In this document: piece by piece, positions 1-12,794 of the stretch | How the letters are laid out: each line of letters begins with the position of its first letter | Position numbering within the stretch: the stretch's first letter is position 1 | DNA from: Callorhinchus milii | Taxonomy: Eukaryota | DNA length: 64,000 bases | Reading direction: 5' to 3' | NCBI RefSeq assembly: GCF_018977255.1 | Contig: NW_024704742.1 | Span: 123,134,001-123,198,000, forward strand | Made by a program: the position numbers and the translations under genes | The notes under the pieces: model-generated | Databases searched by the model: none | What the model was told of the DNA's origin: nothing | The model's input: the letters and a program-made list of their open reading frames with translations, nothing else

Positions 1-118
1 GATCTACCTGGCTCAGGAACCGGACTACCGAGACTGCCACAGAGGGTTGACTCGATTCTGACATTCCATTGCCAGGCATGTCACCTTGGAGCCAGTTCAG
101 CTCTAAGGAGATCCCACT
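1..118 (-). mobile_element. Unclassified repeat 'family D', 5'-part fragment
   Basis: Reverse complement aligns colinearly with 18894-19012 (tctccttRgagctgaRctggctc...caaccctctgtggcRgtctYRgtagtccggttcct). Confidence 0.75.
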
Positions 119-150
119 TACCTTCTACCCAAGGAGATAGGATAGCCGAA

Positions 151-219
151 TAACAACAACAACAACAACAACAAGATTCCATTTATAGAGCGCCTTTCAC
201 GTCAGGAGGACGTCCCAAA
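151..219 (-). mobile_element. L2 LINE 3' tail fragment
   Basis: (AAC)n followed by aagattccatttatagagcgcctttcacgtcaggaggacgtccc, matching the tail of the L2 at 6588. Confidence 0.8.
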
Positions 220-1750
220 CAAAGAGGCAGAGGGACCTCTGGTCACAGTTCTTGATTGGTGACTTTGATGAGAGCCATTTCAGTAGTAAGGGTTCCTCAT
301 TACTTGCATATACATTCTACCTTATATGTACTGTATTTTGTTTCACGTCTATATGCATGCAAGGCTAAGTAAGCCTCTCTGCTGAAGCAACAATTTTATT
401 TTGACGTATTCACAGTCAAACAAGTCTGTTAGTGTTTATTTGTGTAGGAATAGGAAGACAAAGATCAGTCAGCATTCTTGCTCTGATCACTATCTGTTGA
501 CCCCTGCTGGACAAGCTTGTTCATAAGATCAAAAGATAGATTCTGAAGAAAAAGGCCCCTCAGCAAATTTGATCTCATCCTTCCAAAATACTAACCCTAA
601 TGCTAACATGATATAATGCTAACTTGAAATAATACATAATACCACCAAAATATAATATCAAATAATATTAACACAAAATAATAATGGATTATTAATAATA
701 GATTGAAACTACGATATGCACTAAAGTTAGAAAAACATGTTCCAATTCTAGAACATATTGACTTGAATTCATTTATGAACTTGTTGATATCAGTCCTAAA
801 CTTGGAATAATGTAAATCGCTGTTTATCAAAGGTGCTTCCCGTGATAAAAAAANGCAGCTGAGATTTTGTTTGTGCTCTTATTCTTATTGTTAGTGGCTG
901 TAAGTGCAAATGGTTTGAAGCATCAGAAGTCTCATTTCAACAATTTGTTATATTTTAATTGAGGAAGTGCTTTCTACGTGCAAGATGAAGTTTATCTGAT
1001 ACTTGCATGTGAGTTATCTGCAGATCTTCCAGCATTGTAACTGAATGCTTTCCAACTTTTATGTCAAAACTATTCATATTGGCAAAGGGATATGTCCAGT
1101 GATTCATGTTTCCTTCAGATACTAACTTGCAGCTTTACACAGTACAAGATAAATTGCAATGCTTTGGCATATAGTTGTACACTAGAACACAGCTAGTGCT
1201 TTTCTGTAAGTATCTTCTTGTGAACATACATGTTACATTTTAATTCCATGAACTGAACATTAACATTTGAAGTTGTTTAACATTCCCATGCATTTTGTGT
1301 TAGTATAAGATGAATATTACTTTCTGATACTTTCAAATGCTGAAGAAATATAATGAAATGTAGAAAGGAAGGATTAAGATCGAAGATGAACAAAGAAAAT
1401 CATTTCTGTTTTATACATTCATGGTGCCCTTTCAACAACAGTAGGGATGTTTTTTTTACAAGTTACAGTACACTGTAGCATTTGTATTCTTCTTGGGAAA
1501 GGCTTTAGGCTGCTTGATGTTAGAACTATAATGGTTAGGTGTGACCCAGTAATAATCAGTGGAACGGAACCAGGCAATGAAATTGGCAGATATAAATAGG
1601 ATAAAATGAGTCACCAGCCAACAAGGGGCAAGCTAATTTGTTGATATGTTTTTGGTTGACTAGTTATCTGCAGAATGCTTTCAATATGAACTCTGTTTTG
1701 CAATTCTGGCAAACAACATGCTCAGAAACGTTGACTGACACTCTTTGTAT

Positions 1751-2148
1751 TTAATAATAGTAATAATAATAATACTTGCATTTGATATATTGCCTTACCG
1801 TGTCATCCAAATGTCTCAAAATGCTTGACAGAATTTCACACTGTAAAGTGTGATGATTGTGTGCTTTGTAGGCAAATGTGGCAGACAATTTGCACACAAC
1901 AATGTCCCACAAACAGCAATAAAGTGAATCACATATTTTATCTGGAGAATCATTGGCCCCAGAAGATATCAGGTACACAAGACATCAGTTTATTTTTTGT
2001 TGTCTGAATGATGGCACCTCCAACAATGCAGTACTACCCCAGCATTGCACAGTGAGTGTCAGCCTGGATCCTGAGCTCAGAGTATCAATGTGGGGCTCGT
2101 ACCTACAACCTTCTGATTCAGAGGTGATAGTGCTACCAACTGAGCCAG
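1751..2148 (-). mobile_element. tRNA-head Deu-domain SINE (family B), degenerate
   Basis: Minus strand reads tggctcagttggtagcact head, then gcattgttggaggtgcc Deu-domain start, the shared SINE body and a (TTA)n tail. Confidence 0.7.
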
Positions 2149-3872
2149 GACACACACTGTTTTGCTTTTAGTCTTTGGTTTTCACTTCATGGAATACTTG
2201 CAGCTTCTCACGCTGATGTTCAGTTTATTCTTCCTTAACAGCAAGCGGAATTTTCCGATTCAAAACACTTGATTTCCTGAGGAATTCACCTTTCCACTGT
2301 TGCTAAGGAAACTGAAAACATTGGTACATGGGGTTATCTGTTTCTAAACCACTTGTTTATAAGTAGTGTAATCTTTGGAAACAGAATCAAGTACTTTTGA
2401 ACTTGAAAGCCAAAGCAAACTATGGGATATTTTATTGGAAACAGGCTTCTGTTAGGTGAATTTAAGCCATTAATGAATGATTAATGGTCCAGCTGAAGAA
2501 TACAAGGTCACATTGAACTTTGGGACTTATCTTGTTTTCTCCACTTCTTGTCTGAGCCTCCAGGGGTTTTCTGCACTATGGTTCACCTGGCTTCTCAGTA
2601 AAAACACTGAGCAGAAACACAGGTCCCACTTTCAAGAAACACAGCTCAAACTCCACAGGAATTTAACGCAATGGTAACACAAGGGAAAGAACGGTCTGTA
2701 CTTGAATCAATTTTGTTCACACATCAACCACTTCATACTCACTAATGAGGTTCTTTATTATTGACCAACACAATAAAATCAATGATTAAAAAGAAACATT
2801 GAGCAGGCCTGTTTAAATAAGAAATTACAACTTGCTTGGTGTGAGAACAGTAAATAGAATTTTTTTACTAAGAGGTTTAGAGATGCTTCATTTTAAACAA
2901 GAATACCCCTTCTGCAGATGGTATCTCATGCTGGGGTACAATTCCACAACAAATGCCCCTCTTCCTCTTCCCTCCCTCCCCCAAGCCAACTGGTTATGTC
3001 ACTTATGTGGCCATTCTTATAATAATACTACTACTACTACTACTAATAATAATCCTTGCATTTAATGTAGTGCATTATCACTTCTTCAAGACATCTCAAA
3101 GCACTTCACAGAATATACTGTAAAGTGAATTGACTGTATATTTTGTGGGCGAAACACAGCAGCCAATTGGTCGCATTTTCATCCACTACGCCCCGAAACT
3201 CTGTACTCTCCCTCTCTCCCTTGCCCCTTCCTTCCCCATTTGCATGTTGTGCCTGAAGACTTTCCTCTTAGATCTGAGGGCTACAGTCACCTTCCCCCAC
3301 CTCCTGGCTCGGCATCTTGCTCTGCACTGTCAAGTCCTCTGGGACACTATCCTGCATGAGGGGCACTGTATAAAAGCAAGTTGTTGTTGTATGCAGTGAG
3401 TACTGGACAGTTATTGGAGAGAAGTGGCGTGGTCACTGCCTTAAGCAGAACCTGATCTGGTACAATTTTGTTTTAAGCGGGGCGCAACTAGTACTACTAC
3501 TAATGATAAACCATATATTTGATGCAGTGTCTTTCACAGGAGGACACATCAAAGCGTTTCACTGAAAGTGTAGTGATTGTGTATTTTCGCCCACAAATAT
3601 ACAGTCAATTCACTTTACACTCTATTCTGTGAAGCGCTTTGGGAAGTCTAGAAGACATGAAAAGCACTATATCAAGTGCAAGGATTATTATTATTATTAT
3701 TATTTCGTGGGCAAAACGCATATATTACATTAGTGTCATAGCATACCTTCACAAATTTCAACACAATTTGTGTTCTAGAACTCCCTTCAACTTTTTGAGA
3801 GTTGTGAAGTTGAAATAGGTTGAATATGAATACGATAAATTGATTCAGATTGAGAATCTAAATAGCGGGAGG

Positions 3873-4580
3873 GAACAACAACAACAAAATTACATTTGTA
3901 TAGCGCCTTTCACATTGGGAGGAAGTCCCAAGAAGCTGGACGGTCAGTGTTTCGGACCCGAGCTGGGGGTTGGCATTGGGGAGGGTGGAGGGCAGGGGGG
4001 AAGGAGGGTGATCGCAAGCACGGTCGAAGAGCAGGGGGTGAGGCAAGGGACTACGGAATGGAGTTCCAGAGGGCGGGGGCAGAGTGGATAAAAGGCTCTC
4101 CCCCCTCCCCCACTCCAACCCTCAGCTCGGATCCGTAACTCTGTCTGGCCAGCGCCTTGGGACATCCTCCCAACGTGAAAGGCGCTTTACAAATGTAATT
4201 TTGTTGTTGATGGGAAGCCAGTGGAGTCGGGCGAGGATGTGGGTGATAAGGTTATGAAGCCTGGTCCAGGAGAGGACACAGGCTGCAGAGTTCTGAATGA
4301 TCTGCAGCCTATGGAGGGAGGAGTTGGTGAGGCCGACAAGCAAGGAGTTTGCATAGTCAAGCCTCGATGTTATGAATGCGTGAATGAGGATTTTGGCGGC
4401 CAGTGGTGTGAGACAGTGGCGGAGCCGGGTGATGTTGCGGAGGTGGTGGAAGGCAAGTGGGTCATGGCATGGATGTGGGGTAGAAAGAATAGTTGAGGGT
4501 CAAACAAGACACCAAGGGTCCTCACTGGCTTAGTAAGGTGGCCTATGCATCTATGGATGGTGATGCTGTCATGGCCTGAT
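3873..4580 (-). mobile_element. L2 LINE 3' fragment, interrupted by an opposite-strand L2 tail at ~4099-4209
   Basis: (AAC)n tail at 3873. Minus-strand peptide LVGLTNSSLHRLQIIQNSAACVLSWTRLHNLITHILARLHWLP is the L2 ORF2 C-terminal region. Confidence 0.85.
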
Positions 4581-5078
4581 TTGTGGCATTCTTTAGTCTA
4601 GACTCTCATTGCTTTCTCAGTATTTTAGAAGAGAATTTGGCAAATTCTTAAAATCAAATTCATTTTGATTTAAAGTTTTGTATTCTCTGAAATTCTAAGA
4701 AAATAGTGTAAGCCAAGACCACAGTGGAATTTTATTTAACTTCCTACTTCTGCATCCTGATCTGTAGCAAATGTAAATTGTCCTATTTACACTTAGTGAT
4801 GATTCATTTGAGAAAAGGACAGACATTAATTTATTTCCCCTTTTCCCTTATTTTTACTTTTCAAATTCTGTTTATCTAGTTCTGTAGTTGGCTGGTTTCT
4901 GAAATAAAAATAATATTTATTTAAGGTTTTAGTTTCCAAGAAACAAACCAAAACTGCCTGAAGACCTTAAAGTGCAAGATGTTAACAGCTACTGCAATGT
5001 TGGTAAAGACATACTCATTTAAGAAAACAGCTTGATGCTGTGATGGGAGGATGGTACAATGATATTGATGGATGTATT

Positions 5079-5285
5079 GTGGAATTCTGTAATATATTGG
5101 TTAGAGCACTCGCCTCGCAAGCGAGAGGACCCGGGTTCGATTCCCAGACAGGGCAAAATGTTAGGCAAGTTTCCTTACTCCATGTGCCACTGCTGTGCCG
5201 AATTGGCTGCTACATTTCGCCCACAAAATATATAGTTAATTCACTTTACAATATATTCTGTGAAGTGCCTTGAGATGCTTTGTGA
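5079..5285 (+). mobile_element. tRNA-Ala-like SINE (family A), internally deleted
   Basis: tggttagagcactcgcctcgcaagcgagag...ggttcgattcc (A/B boxes) joined directly to the SINE body. Confidence 0.75.
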
Positions 5286-5796
5286 AATATCGGCAGTGGT
5301 CTCTGAAATCGCATGGAAATATTCTAAATGTAGCACCAGACAGAATTGCTGAGCTCAGGAATCCTGGCAAATTTTCCATTCCTTGACACAGTAGCTCTAG
5401 GGTTAATTGTAACACTGCTTGCTCCTCTTCAGCTGAAAACTGCTCGCTCAGCAGAAAGTTAGGAATAAAATCTGGAATCTTGCAGTTCTGCATGTCTGAA
5501 CAACACGCAAGATAATCTCTCTGAGCCATCAGGGGAGCTCCTTATGTTTTTTTTAATGCTTTCTGCATCTGCGGGTTAAGTTTTAATTGAAGGGCTTGTT
5601 GACTGATCATATAAGACATGAGGTATTTTATTAAAGCAGAAGTTAAGTGAGCACATATCACCATCAGAAACCTGCCCTCACGAACCATATGCAGTTACAC
5701 TCAGTTATTACTAAGCAGTATTTACAGATCAATCAACAACACTAACAACATGGATTTATATAGCGCCCTTCACATAGGGTAACGTCTCAGAGCACT

Positions 5797-5960
5797 TTAC
5801 AACAATAACAACAACAAAGTTACATTTGTATAGCGCCCTTCACATCGGAAGGACGTCGTGAGGCGCTGGACAGTCAGTGTTTCAGACCTGAGCTGGGGTC
5901 GGGATTGGGGAGGGTAGGGAGCAGTGGGGGAAGCAGGGTGATCAAAAGCACGGTCGAAGC
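5797..5960 (-). mobile_element. L2 LINE 3' tail fragment
   Basis: AAC-rich end, L2 tail motif and the terminal FDRAF codons. Confidence 0.75.
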
Positions 5961-6237
5961 ACTGTACAAATACATGATCGGACCCCAAGCAAGGGAGAGG
6001 GAGAGTCTATATCTGCTTTTTCATTAGTTACATATACAAAAACTCTGATATACCTGCAGGATATTGTCTCAACACTTTATTGGAAGAATAGCACTGTCCC
6101 AGCAAACATTGGAGTGTCAACCTAGATTGTGAGTTCCAAGACCCGATATCGATTCAGACGTAGAGGGAGGGTGTGATGAGCGAAGCTGACACTATGTGGA
6201 GAAAGAAAATCACAACTTCAGAAAACAAAGAAAAAGA

Positions 6238-6587
6238 AAAGAGAAGGGTGAGGGGTGACCTAATAAAGGTCTTTAAAATTATGAAAGGTTTTGATAGGGT
6301 AGACATAGAAAGATGTTTCCACTTGCGAGGGAGACCAAAACCAAGGGCCATAAATATGAAATAGTCACCAATATATCAAATAGGGAGGTCAAATAAAATG
6401 AATAAAAATTCATTATTTGGAAATCTGTAATTAGTAGTTGAAGGGAATAGCATAGATGCATTTACAACAACAACAACAAGATTGCATTTAAGGGGAAGCT
6501 AGATAAGTAAATGATGGAGAAAGGAATAGAAGGTTATGCTGATAGGCTTAATTGAGGAAGGGCAGAACGAGGCTCGTGTGGAGCATA
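6238..6587 (+). mobile_element. CR1 LINE 3' fragment
   Basis: Peptide RRVRGDLIKVFKIMKGFDRVD (CR1 ORF2 C-terminal RRLRGDLI motif), followed by CR1-like 3' sequence. Confidence 0.8.
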
Positions 6588-7170
6588 AACAACAACAACA
6601 ACAACAAGATTCCATTTATAGAGCGCCTTTCACGTCGGGAGGACGTCCCAAGGCGCTGGACAGTTGGGTCAGGACCCGAGCAAGGGGGAAATGGTCAGGG
6701 TGAGGGGAGGGAAGGGAGGGAGAGAGGAGGGGGTAGAGAGTCGAGAGGGGAGCTGAAGGCACGGTCAAAGAGAAAGGTTTTGAGACCGGCCTTGAAGGAG
6801 GAAAGGGAGGAAGCAAGGCGAAGGCACTGGAGGATGGAGTTCCAGAGCCTGGGGGCTGAGAGGCTGAAGGCCCGACCACCGATGGTAGGGCGGTTAGGGC
6901 AGGGGATGTGGAGCAGACCGGAGCCAGAGGAACAGAGGGTACGGGCAGGTAAGTAGGGGGATAGTAGGTCGGAGAGGTAGGAGGGAGCAAGGCCGTGAAT
7001 GGCCTTGTAGGTGAGGATGAGGATCTTGAATTCGATCCTCTGGGGGATGGGGAGCCAGTGGAGGCGAGCGAGGGTGGGAGTGATGTGGTCGCGAAGCCTG
7101 GTGCGGGACAGTACACGAGCTGCAGAGTTCTGAATGACCTGCAGCTTGTGGAGGGAGGTGGCGGGAAGGC
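6588..7170 (-). mobile_element. Young 5'-truncated L2 LINE with open ORF2 C-terminus
   Basis: Uninterrupted frame LHKLQVIQNSAARVL...LHWLPIPQRIEFKILILTYKAIHGLAPSYL...GGRAFS..APRLWNS...FKAGLKTFLFDRAF, plus 3' UTR and (TTG)n. Confidence 0.92.
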
Positions 7171-7310
7171 AGTTGGGCTGAATATTTATTTCTATGCTGA
7201 ATATTATATGTAATTCTATGTAACAAACATACATCTTATGCTGCAATTAATGACAGTTAGTGGATGAGGTTTGATTAGCCTCAATCATTGGTGTATATCT
7301 ATGTCTATAT

Positions 7311-7685
7311 TGTGGTGTTCTGTAGTTCAATGGTTAGAGCACTTGCCTCACAAGTGAGAGACCTGGGTTTGACTCCCGGCAGGGCGAAATGTTGTGCAGG
7401 TTTCCTAACTTCACACGCCTCTGTTTACCTAGCAATAAGTAGGAACCCGATTGTTAGTCGATTGGCGGATCACTTTCCGTGGGTAATAATTCCTTCAAAA
7501 ATAAATAAACAATAAATTGGTCACTAAATTCACGACTGTTTGTGGGACACTGCTGTATGCAATTGGCTGCCACGTTTCGCCCACAAAATATACAGTCAAT
7601 TCACTTTACAATATATTCTGTGAAACGCTTTGAGAAGTCCAGAAGACGTGAAAAGCACTATATCAAATGCAAGGATTATTATTAT
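7311..7685 (+). mobile_element. tRNA-Ala-like SINE (family A), full-length long variant
   Basis: tRNA-like head, extra central segment (ctgtttacctagcaataagtaggaacccg...), shared body, L2-like tail and (TTA)n. Confidence 0.85.
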
Positions 7686-9159
7686 AAGGATTATTTATAT
7701 TAATACACATGTGTATAAGAACATAAGAATTTACTAGGCGAAAAAATAATAATCCTTAAACAATAGGGTGTTAATGCGCTATATCAAATGCAAGGATTAT
7801 TATTAGTATTATATCTGACCTATATTTCACCTATTGGTTGAATCACCTCCTTCTGTACTGTAAACTTTCTATGATTTTACAATAATACTTTGAATGTTAT
7901 AGAAATTTACCACATTGAAAGCTCTTCACAGAAAATTGTTGTCAAGTATCGATGTCAAGTGACAATGACTATTTGTCGACAAATATGGCAAGTAGTTGAG
8001 CCAGCAAGGTACCACAAACAGCTATGAAGTGAAACACCTTGCATCTGATACCTTGTATCCAAAGAGAAAGGAATTTCTCCTAGTGCCCTGGCCAACAATC
8101 CTCCAAATAAAATTGAGCATTCATTTTGTGGCTGTTTGTGGGACATTGCTGTGAGCAATTTGGCTGCCACGTTCACCTACTAATACAGTCACTGCACTTC
8201 ACAATAAATCCTGTGAAGCGCTTTAAGACATTCTTCCAATGTGAAATTGGGGTACCAGATGCAAGAATTATTGTCATTGGAATTATTTCTGAATCAGTTA
8301 TGAAATGCCATATTTTTCCATGCCATTATTTTTCTTCAAATATTTATTCAATTCCCTTTTGGACTATTATATTCACTTAATTATTTTCCTACACAATTAA
8401 GGCCCTTTGAAACTAAGCCTTTATTCTATTATATAGCAAGAGCTCACAAGTGGATTAATTAAATTGGCACATTCTAAATTGCATTCGGCCAAAAAGGAAT
8501 CCGTCTGCTTATAATTAATTCAGCCTTTTATGTGATATTTGGCTTAATTTTCTCCAGAAGTAATTGCATAGCAAACATTCTATTACCTTCTGTTGACCAT
8601 AAGCTCAAATGCCTTTTGTGGGTCTTAGAAAACATCATGTTATGTGAATGGATTACCTTGTTGATGTGCAATTGTTATTTCAGTAATTTTCAATGCTTTA
8701 TCACTTAGGGTACATTGCCTTTTATTAAGCAGGTTTTACTCAGTCTTAGCATTTTCCTTCAACACACTTGTTTTCTCTCAGATCTCCAATGTTTTTCCAT
8801 AGTATTATTCCAACCTCATAAAAAATGTAGCAGCCTCATTATCAGAGAAACAAAATATCCTGTGAATTAGAAATCCCATAACTCTGCTCCTACTGTGAAA
8901 TAATGCTGATTTATATGCACAAGATAATCCGTATGGGCATATGGTGTCTTTTAAAGATGATTGAGCCAGCTTTAATGTGCAAGTTTGGATCAGTTTAACC
9001 TGATGTGACCTGAACCAATTGAAATCAAATGCAGATCCGAATTGAAATTCGCTGAGTCAAAGTTAATAGAGAACACAGGTCCCCCAGCTTAGTCAAAAAA
9101 GTCCACTGCCTGGTGCACCACTATGCTGATCAGCTGAATGCAGTTGGAGGAATCAGCTT

Positions 9160-9412
9160 GGCCCTATTTAAAAAGAGAAGGGATTTTTCCCCAGTGTCCT
9201 GGCCAACAATCCCCCAAATAAAATTGTGTACTCGCATCATGGCTGTCTATAGCACTTTGCAGTGCGCCTATTGGCTGCCACATTCTTCTACAAAATACAT
9301 AGTCATCTCACTATACTTTACAATAAATCCTGTGAAGCGTTTTGAGACGTCCTCCCAACATGAAAGGTGCTATACCAAATGCGAGGATTATTATTATTTA
9401 TTATTATTACTA
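9160..9412 (+). mobile_element. Deu-domain SINE (family B), 3' half
   Basis: gtgtcctggccaacaat (Deu-domain end), body and (TTA)n tail. A similar partial copy lies at ~8040-8275. Confidence 0.65.
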
Positions 9413-9454
9413 TTGGCCTCATCGGGTGAATAGCCTACGAACACTCACTGTCAT

Positions 9455-9815
9455 TTTGTTACCCCACCATATCTTTGCGACCTTTTGAAACCTTACCTCC
9501 CTCACCCTCCACTTGGCAGGCACTGCCTGCTTCATGTCTACTGCCTGCCATTGGTGATCGGCCTTTCATCTTATCTGCCCCCACTCTGAACTCCGTCCCA
9601 GAGACCCTTCGCCTCACACTTTCCCTTGCCTCCTTCAAAGTCGGTCTCAAGACCTTCTCTTTGATTGCACTTTTCATCATCTATCTCACCCTCCCGTCTG
9701 CTTGGCCCCCACCTTTCTCAAATCCGACTCTGCTGGATGCAAACCCTTGACTGTCCAGCTCAGTATGACGTCCTCCTGAAATATCCTATATAAATCCAAT
9801 TTGTTGTTGTAGTTG
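9455..9815 (+). mobile_element. Old L2 LINE 3' fragment
   Basis: Peptide IGDRPFILSAPTLNSVPETLRLTLSLASFKVGLKTF and a (TTG) tail. Confidence 0.7.
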
Positions 9816-9924
9816 TGTACATTTACCATCTTCAGCAGTTTATAATGTGTAACAATGATCTGAAACTTTCATGTATTTGTGGTTCCATTATTAATTATTA
9901 AAATAAAATACATAGATTTACTCA

Positions 9925-10090
9925 GTGGGTTACCAGGAAGGGAGAATGAGTCTGGACTCATTTAAAAACAGCTTGAAACCGTAATGGCAGGGACGGTAGG
10001 TTGGGAATTGTGAAAGGATGAGATTGGATTGGCTGAAGGGCTTTCTTCATCCATAACAATCTTGTGATCTTGTGATTATCCAAAGATGCT
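9925..10090 (+). mobile_element. CR1 LINE 3' end fragment
   Basis: ggctgaagggctttcttc... ending in the octamer-like terminal repeat (tcttgtga)2. Confidence 0.5.
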
Positions 10091-10730
10091 GGAGTAAAAA
10101 TGCTATATGCCATGTAATAATTAGTACATAGTGCAACATTCTACTCTTGCCAATGTCCCAACTGTTGCCTGGGAGCAAACAGATTGGGGTGCAACCTTTT
10201 GTACCAAGTTGGGAGGAGGGGTTCATTCCAGCCAACTAATTGCAAAAGTGAAATGTTCCACAATGTGATTATCACATCACTTACCACATTTTCACCCCAG
10301 TATCTTTTCTAGCAGTCTGTATTTTATTTCAAAAATCAAAAGAGGAACAACGAATATGTGGCATTTTCACATCATTATCAGACCTTAACTTATAAGTCTA
10401 GACTGCTTTGGCCATCTGAATTAACTGCACCATTTAAAACTACATGGCCAAGTTTGACGATGGGAGGCGGCTGAGTGGTGTAAAAAGCAATAATTCAAAA
10501 TGGGATTTCTTATCAGTAACACAGAATTGCTAGCAGAGTATACTGACAGTAACAGAGTGTATGTAATAGCTGACTCTCAGGAACCCCTCGATTTACTTCT
10601 CTTTTCAGAGTGATGTGATGATTATCACCAGTGATAATTATTACATTGCTTACTACATCTTTCATCCTGCTACGGCCACATCAAAACTATTTGTTTAGTC
10701 TATAAGTTTGGTTGGGCAATTGACAGAATA

Positions 10731-11051
10731 TAATAATAATAATAATAATCCTTGCATTTGATATAGCGCTTTTTCACATCTTCTCAACGTCTCAAAGCGC
10801 TTCACAGAATATGCTGTAAAGTGAATTGACCGGATATTTGTGGGTGAAACACGGCAGCCAATTGCTCACAGCAGTGTCCCACAAACAGTTGTGGATTGAA
10901 AATGACCAATTTATTATTGTTTTGTTTTGGAGGGATTATTATTAGGCGTGTGGAGTAAGGAAACTTGCCCAAGGTTTCGCCCTGCCTGGAATTGAACCCA
11001 GGTGTCTTGCTTGCAAGGCAAGTGCTCTAACCACTGAGCTACAGGACTCCA
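10731..11051 (-). mobile_element. tRNA-Ala-like SINE (family A), full length
   Basis: Near-identical to the + strand copies at 15599 and 42847. Confidence 0.9.
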
Positions 11052-11239
11052 GAATATAAAATGTCTTTGTTTCTAAGAACTGAGTGAATGTACTATCCTG
11101 CCAGCCAATTCTGTAAAATAACCTGAAAACAAAGTTATTGAATTTGAAACTTTGGATATCCAAATATTGTGGTGAAAAAGACTATTCAAAACCTTTCTTT
11201 CAAAGAGCACAAGAGATGTTTGGATAACTGACAATATTT

Positions 11240-11682
11240 GTAATCCTTGCATTTGATATAGTCACATCAACAAAACTTCTCAAGGCACTTCACTTTATAT
11301 TGTAAAGTGTATTTGTAGGTGAATGCAGCAGCCAATCTGCACAGAGCAACGTCCCACAAATAGCTACAAAGTGAATGACCGAATTTGATCTGGCCAGGAT
11401 ACTGGGCAAAAACTCTCTTCTCTTTTGAAACAGTACCATGGGATATTTAATGCCAACTCTGAACAGGCGGACCTCAATTTAATCTCTCGACCAATGGACG
11501 GCATTTCCAATAATGAAACAACTACAACAAATTGCATTCATATAGTTTTTCAAGTTGGGAGAACCTGGGCACTTACCCAGCACTTTGCTTGAGTGTCAGC
11601 CTAGGTATGAGTTCAAAGTACTGATGTGGGGCTTGAACCCACAACCTACTGACTCAGACGAGTGTGCTAACCAACTGAGCCA
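11240..11682 (-). mobile_element. Deu-domain SINE (family B)
   Basis: Head ggctcagttggttagcac...gggttcaagccccacat, Deu domain and tail, degenerate. Confidence 0.65.
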
Positions 11683-12794
11683 AGAGAAGGCCTTTCAATC
11701 CATTTGGTGTCAGACATCCAATATACTTAACCTTCTAGCTTCCTATTACAATGTCAAGCTATTTCTTCAACCAACCTTCCTGGTAACGCATTCCTTTAAT
11801 TCATTATCCTTTGTCTAAAGAAATACTTTTTGGTGTCTGTTCCAGAATGACCCTTCACATCCCTGAGCCTATAATTCTTGGTCTTGGTCCTTGACATATC
11901 TGAAAGTATTGCGCTGGCTTTGCTTTCTCTATTTCACTTGGTATCTTACACACCTTTGAGACATCTCTTACAATATTCTGTAACATTCTATCATTCTGCT
12001 TAAAAGTTTAGTGAAGCAGAAATAAAGCCTTGAGCAGGAAGGAGGTGAACTGTATTCTCGGGGGAGACAACAATTTTTTAAAAATTAAACAAGCTGAACT
12101 AATGATTCAAAAGTGAAGCCTGTAAGGCTGCCAAAATGATGATGTCACTAAAAAGATAATCCTTGTTGATAAACTGATGAAAAGGCGATACTCCAGTTGC
12201 TGAACACCCAAATGCCCTGAAGGCTTTCTTTCTCTCTCTCTCTCTATTTGCTTCTACCGTGACTGATAATGTTATCTCTGACATGAAATCAGGATGCCAT
12301 TGTAAGTCTCTGGAAAGAAAAGAGAGCTTGACTTTGACTGATCTTATGGCTCAAGAAATAGACTTTTCTTTTTGCTAATAATAATATTCCTTGCGTTTGA
12401 TATAGTGCCTTATGCAATACAAATCAAATTTACATTGATAAAACTACTTCCATGCGGTCAAGCTGTCTCAAAGCACTTTACAGGATATCATATCTTCTGT
12501 ATTATAAGCATATGTGGCAATCAATTTGCACACAGGAATGTCCAACAAACAGCCATGAAGTGAATGACCAATTTTATCTGGCAGATTGTTGGTTAGTACA
12601 CTCGGGGAAACTCCCTTCTCTTTTTGAGTAGTGTCATGGGATCTTTGACATGTCCACATGTCTTACATAACATCTTTCAGATATTAATATGGCTAACATT
12701 CAAAAAGGTGAACAACGTAACAATTGTTGGAAGACAATTTTAGTTTGCTTTTGTTCCTTCTTCCCCCCACTCCCCCAATCATCACCTTTCTTTC

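Noticed and set aside
603..830. AT-rich ORF as a viral or Polinton remnant
   Set aside because: Low-complexity composition and no recognisable motif. An ambiguous base lies nearby at 854.
5236..5529. 97-aa minus-strand ORF that looks protein-like
   Set aside because: No recognisable domain or convincing splice sites, and the end runs into a SINE.
10610..10685. C/D-box snoRNA (gtgatga box C)
   Set aside because: No suitably placed CTGA box D.
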